Shown: piece by piece, positions 63,773 through 64,000 of the stretch
How the letters are laid out: each line of letters opens with the position of its first letter
Numbering within the stretch: position 1 is the stretch's first letter
Position numbers and translations under genes: made by a program
Origin: Methanomassiliicoccaceae archaeon
GTDB taxonomy: Archaea; Thermoplasmatota; Thermoplasmata; Methanomassiliicoccales; Methanomassiliicoccaceae
Length of the DNA: 64,000 nucleotides
Direction: 5' to 3'
Assembly: GCA_963728405.1 (NCBI GenBank)
Contig: CAVSJV010000005.1
Coordinates: forward strand, 256,001-320,000
Notes under the pieces: generated by a model
Databases searched by the model: none
What the model was told of the DNA's origin: nothing
What the model saw: the letters and a program-made list of their open reading frames with translations, nothing else

Positions 63773-63858
63773 TAGATGCATCCAACTGCGGCAAGGATAA
63801 TATATATGGTCCAACATTAACCGACAGTTGGATGTATCATCCAACATCCTTGGATGAT
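63773..63858. promoter_or_regulatory. Cluster of TCCAAC/GTTGGA half-sites around a TATA-like box (candidate operator array)
   Basis: Perfect inverted repeat GTTGGATG-TAT-CATCCAAC (63827-63845); further half-sites at 63779, 63810, 63850; TATATA at ~63801. Confidence 0.65.
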
Positions 63859-63879
63859 CACTCTTCGGAGGAAGTTCAT

Positions 63880-64000
63880 ATGGGGTCAGGAAAGCGCAAG
63901 ATGGTCGCCATTGCTTTGGTCGCTGTGCTCGTGGTAGCCGGGGCCGCGGTGGTGTTGATGAGTGGAGCAATACGGTCTGCCCAGTACGGCGCGTCAGTGA
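63880..64000 (+). CDS. N-terminus of a secreted/membrane-anchored protein (truncated by window end)
   Basis: GGAGG then MGSGKRKMVAIALVAVLVVAGAAVVLMSG: basic n-region plus hydrophobic h-region. Confidence 0.65.
   Translation, partial: MGSGKRKMVAIALVAVLVVAGAAVVLMSGAIRSAQYGASV

Noticed and set aside
1-64000. CRISPR array, rRNA, transposase or integrase
   Set aside because: No regularly spaced repeats, rRNA signatures, or DDE/tyrosine recombinase motifs seen; no duplicate of the tRNA 3' end noticed at the island's far border.

Overview
Archaeal chromosomal window. Evidence: rpoL, dph5, trm5, truD, Hef, HerA/Mre11/Rad50, and a tRNA with a bulge-helix-bulge intron. GC-rich coding sequence, frequent GTG/TTG starts and gene content suggest Thermoplasmatota, possibly Methanomassiliicoccales-like; this is inference only. 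Three blocks: (1) 1-34.8 kb, housekeeping and DNA repair: giant TPR protein, ABC exporter with Lrp-type regulator, truD, rpoL, ligase, helicase-only Hef, SRAP, a cluster of nuclease-like genes, DUF72, ADP-forming acyl-CoA synthetase, and a herA-mre11-rad50 operon whose last gene is a stand-alone XPF/ERCC4 nuclease rather than nurA. (2) 35.0-58.8 kb, an intron-containing tRNA-Trp followed by a ~23 kb, visibly more AT-rich surface-glycan island: 7 glycosyltransferases, flippase, polytopic membrane protein, PIG-L deacetylase, 3 GNATs, radical SAM, and two secreted beta-helix proteins. (3) 59-64 kb, a divergent FtsZ-like gene, dph5, trm5, dcd, ilvE and a palindrome-rich promoter. About 18 single-base frameshifts, including one in the essential DNA ligase, indicate an unpolished assembly. 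Six of them share one context (ACGT read as ACWGT), which may fingerprint a DNA-modification motif. No CRISPR array, rRNA, integrase or transposase was seen.
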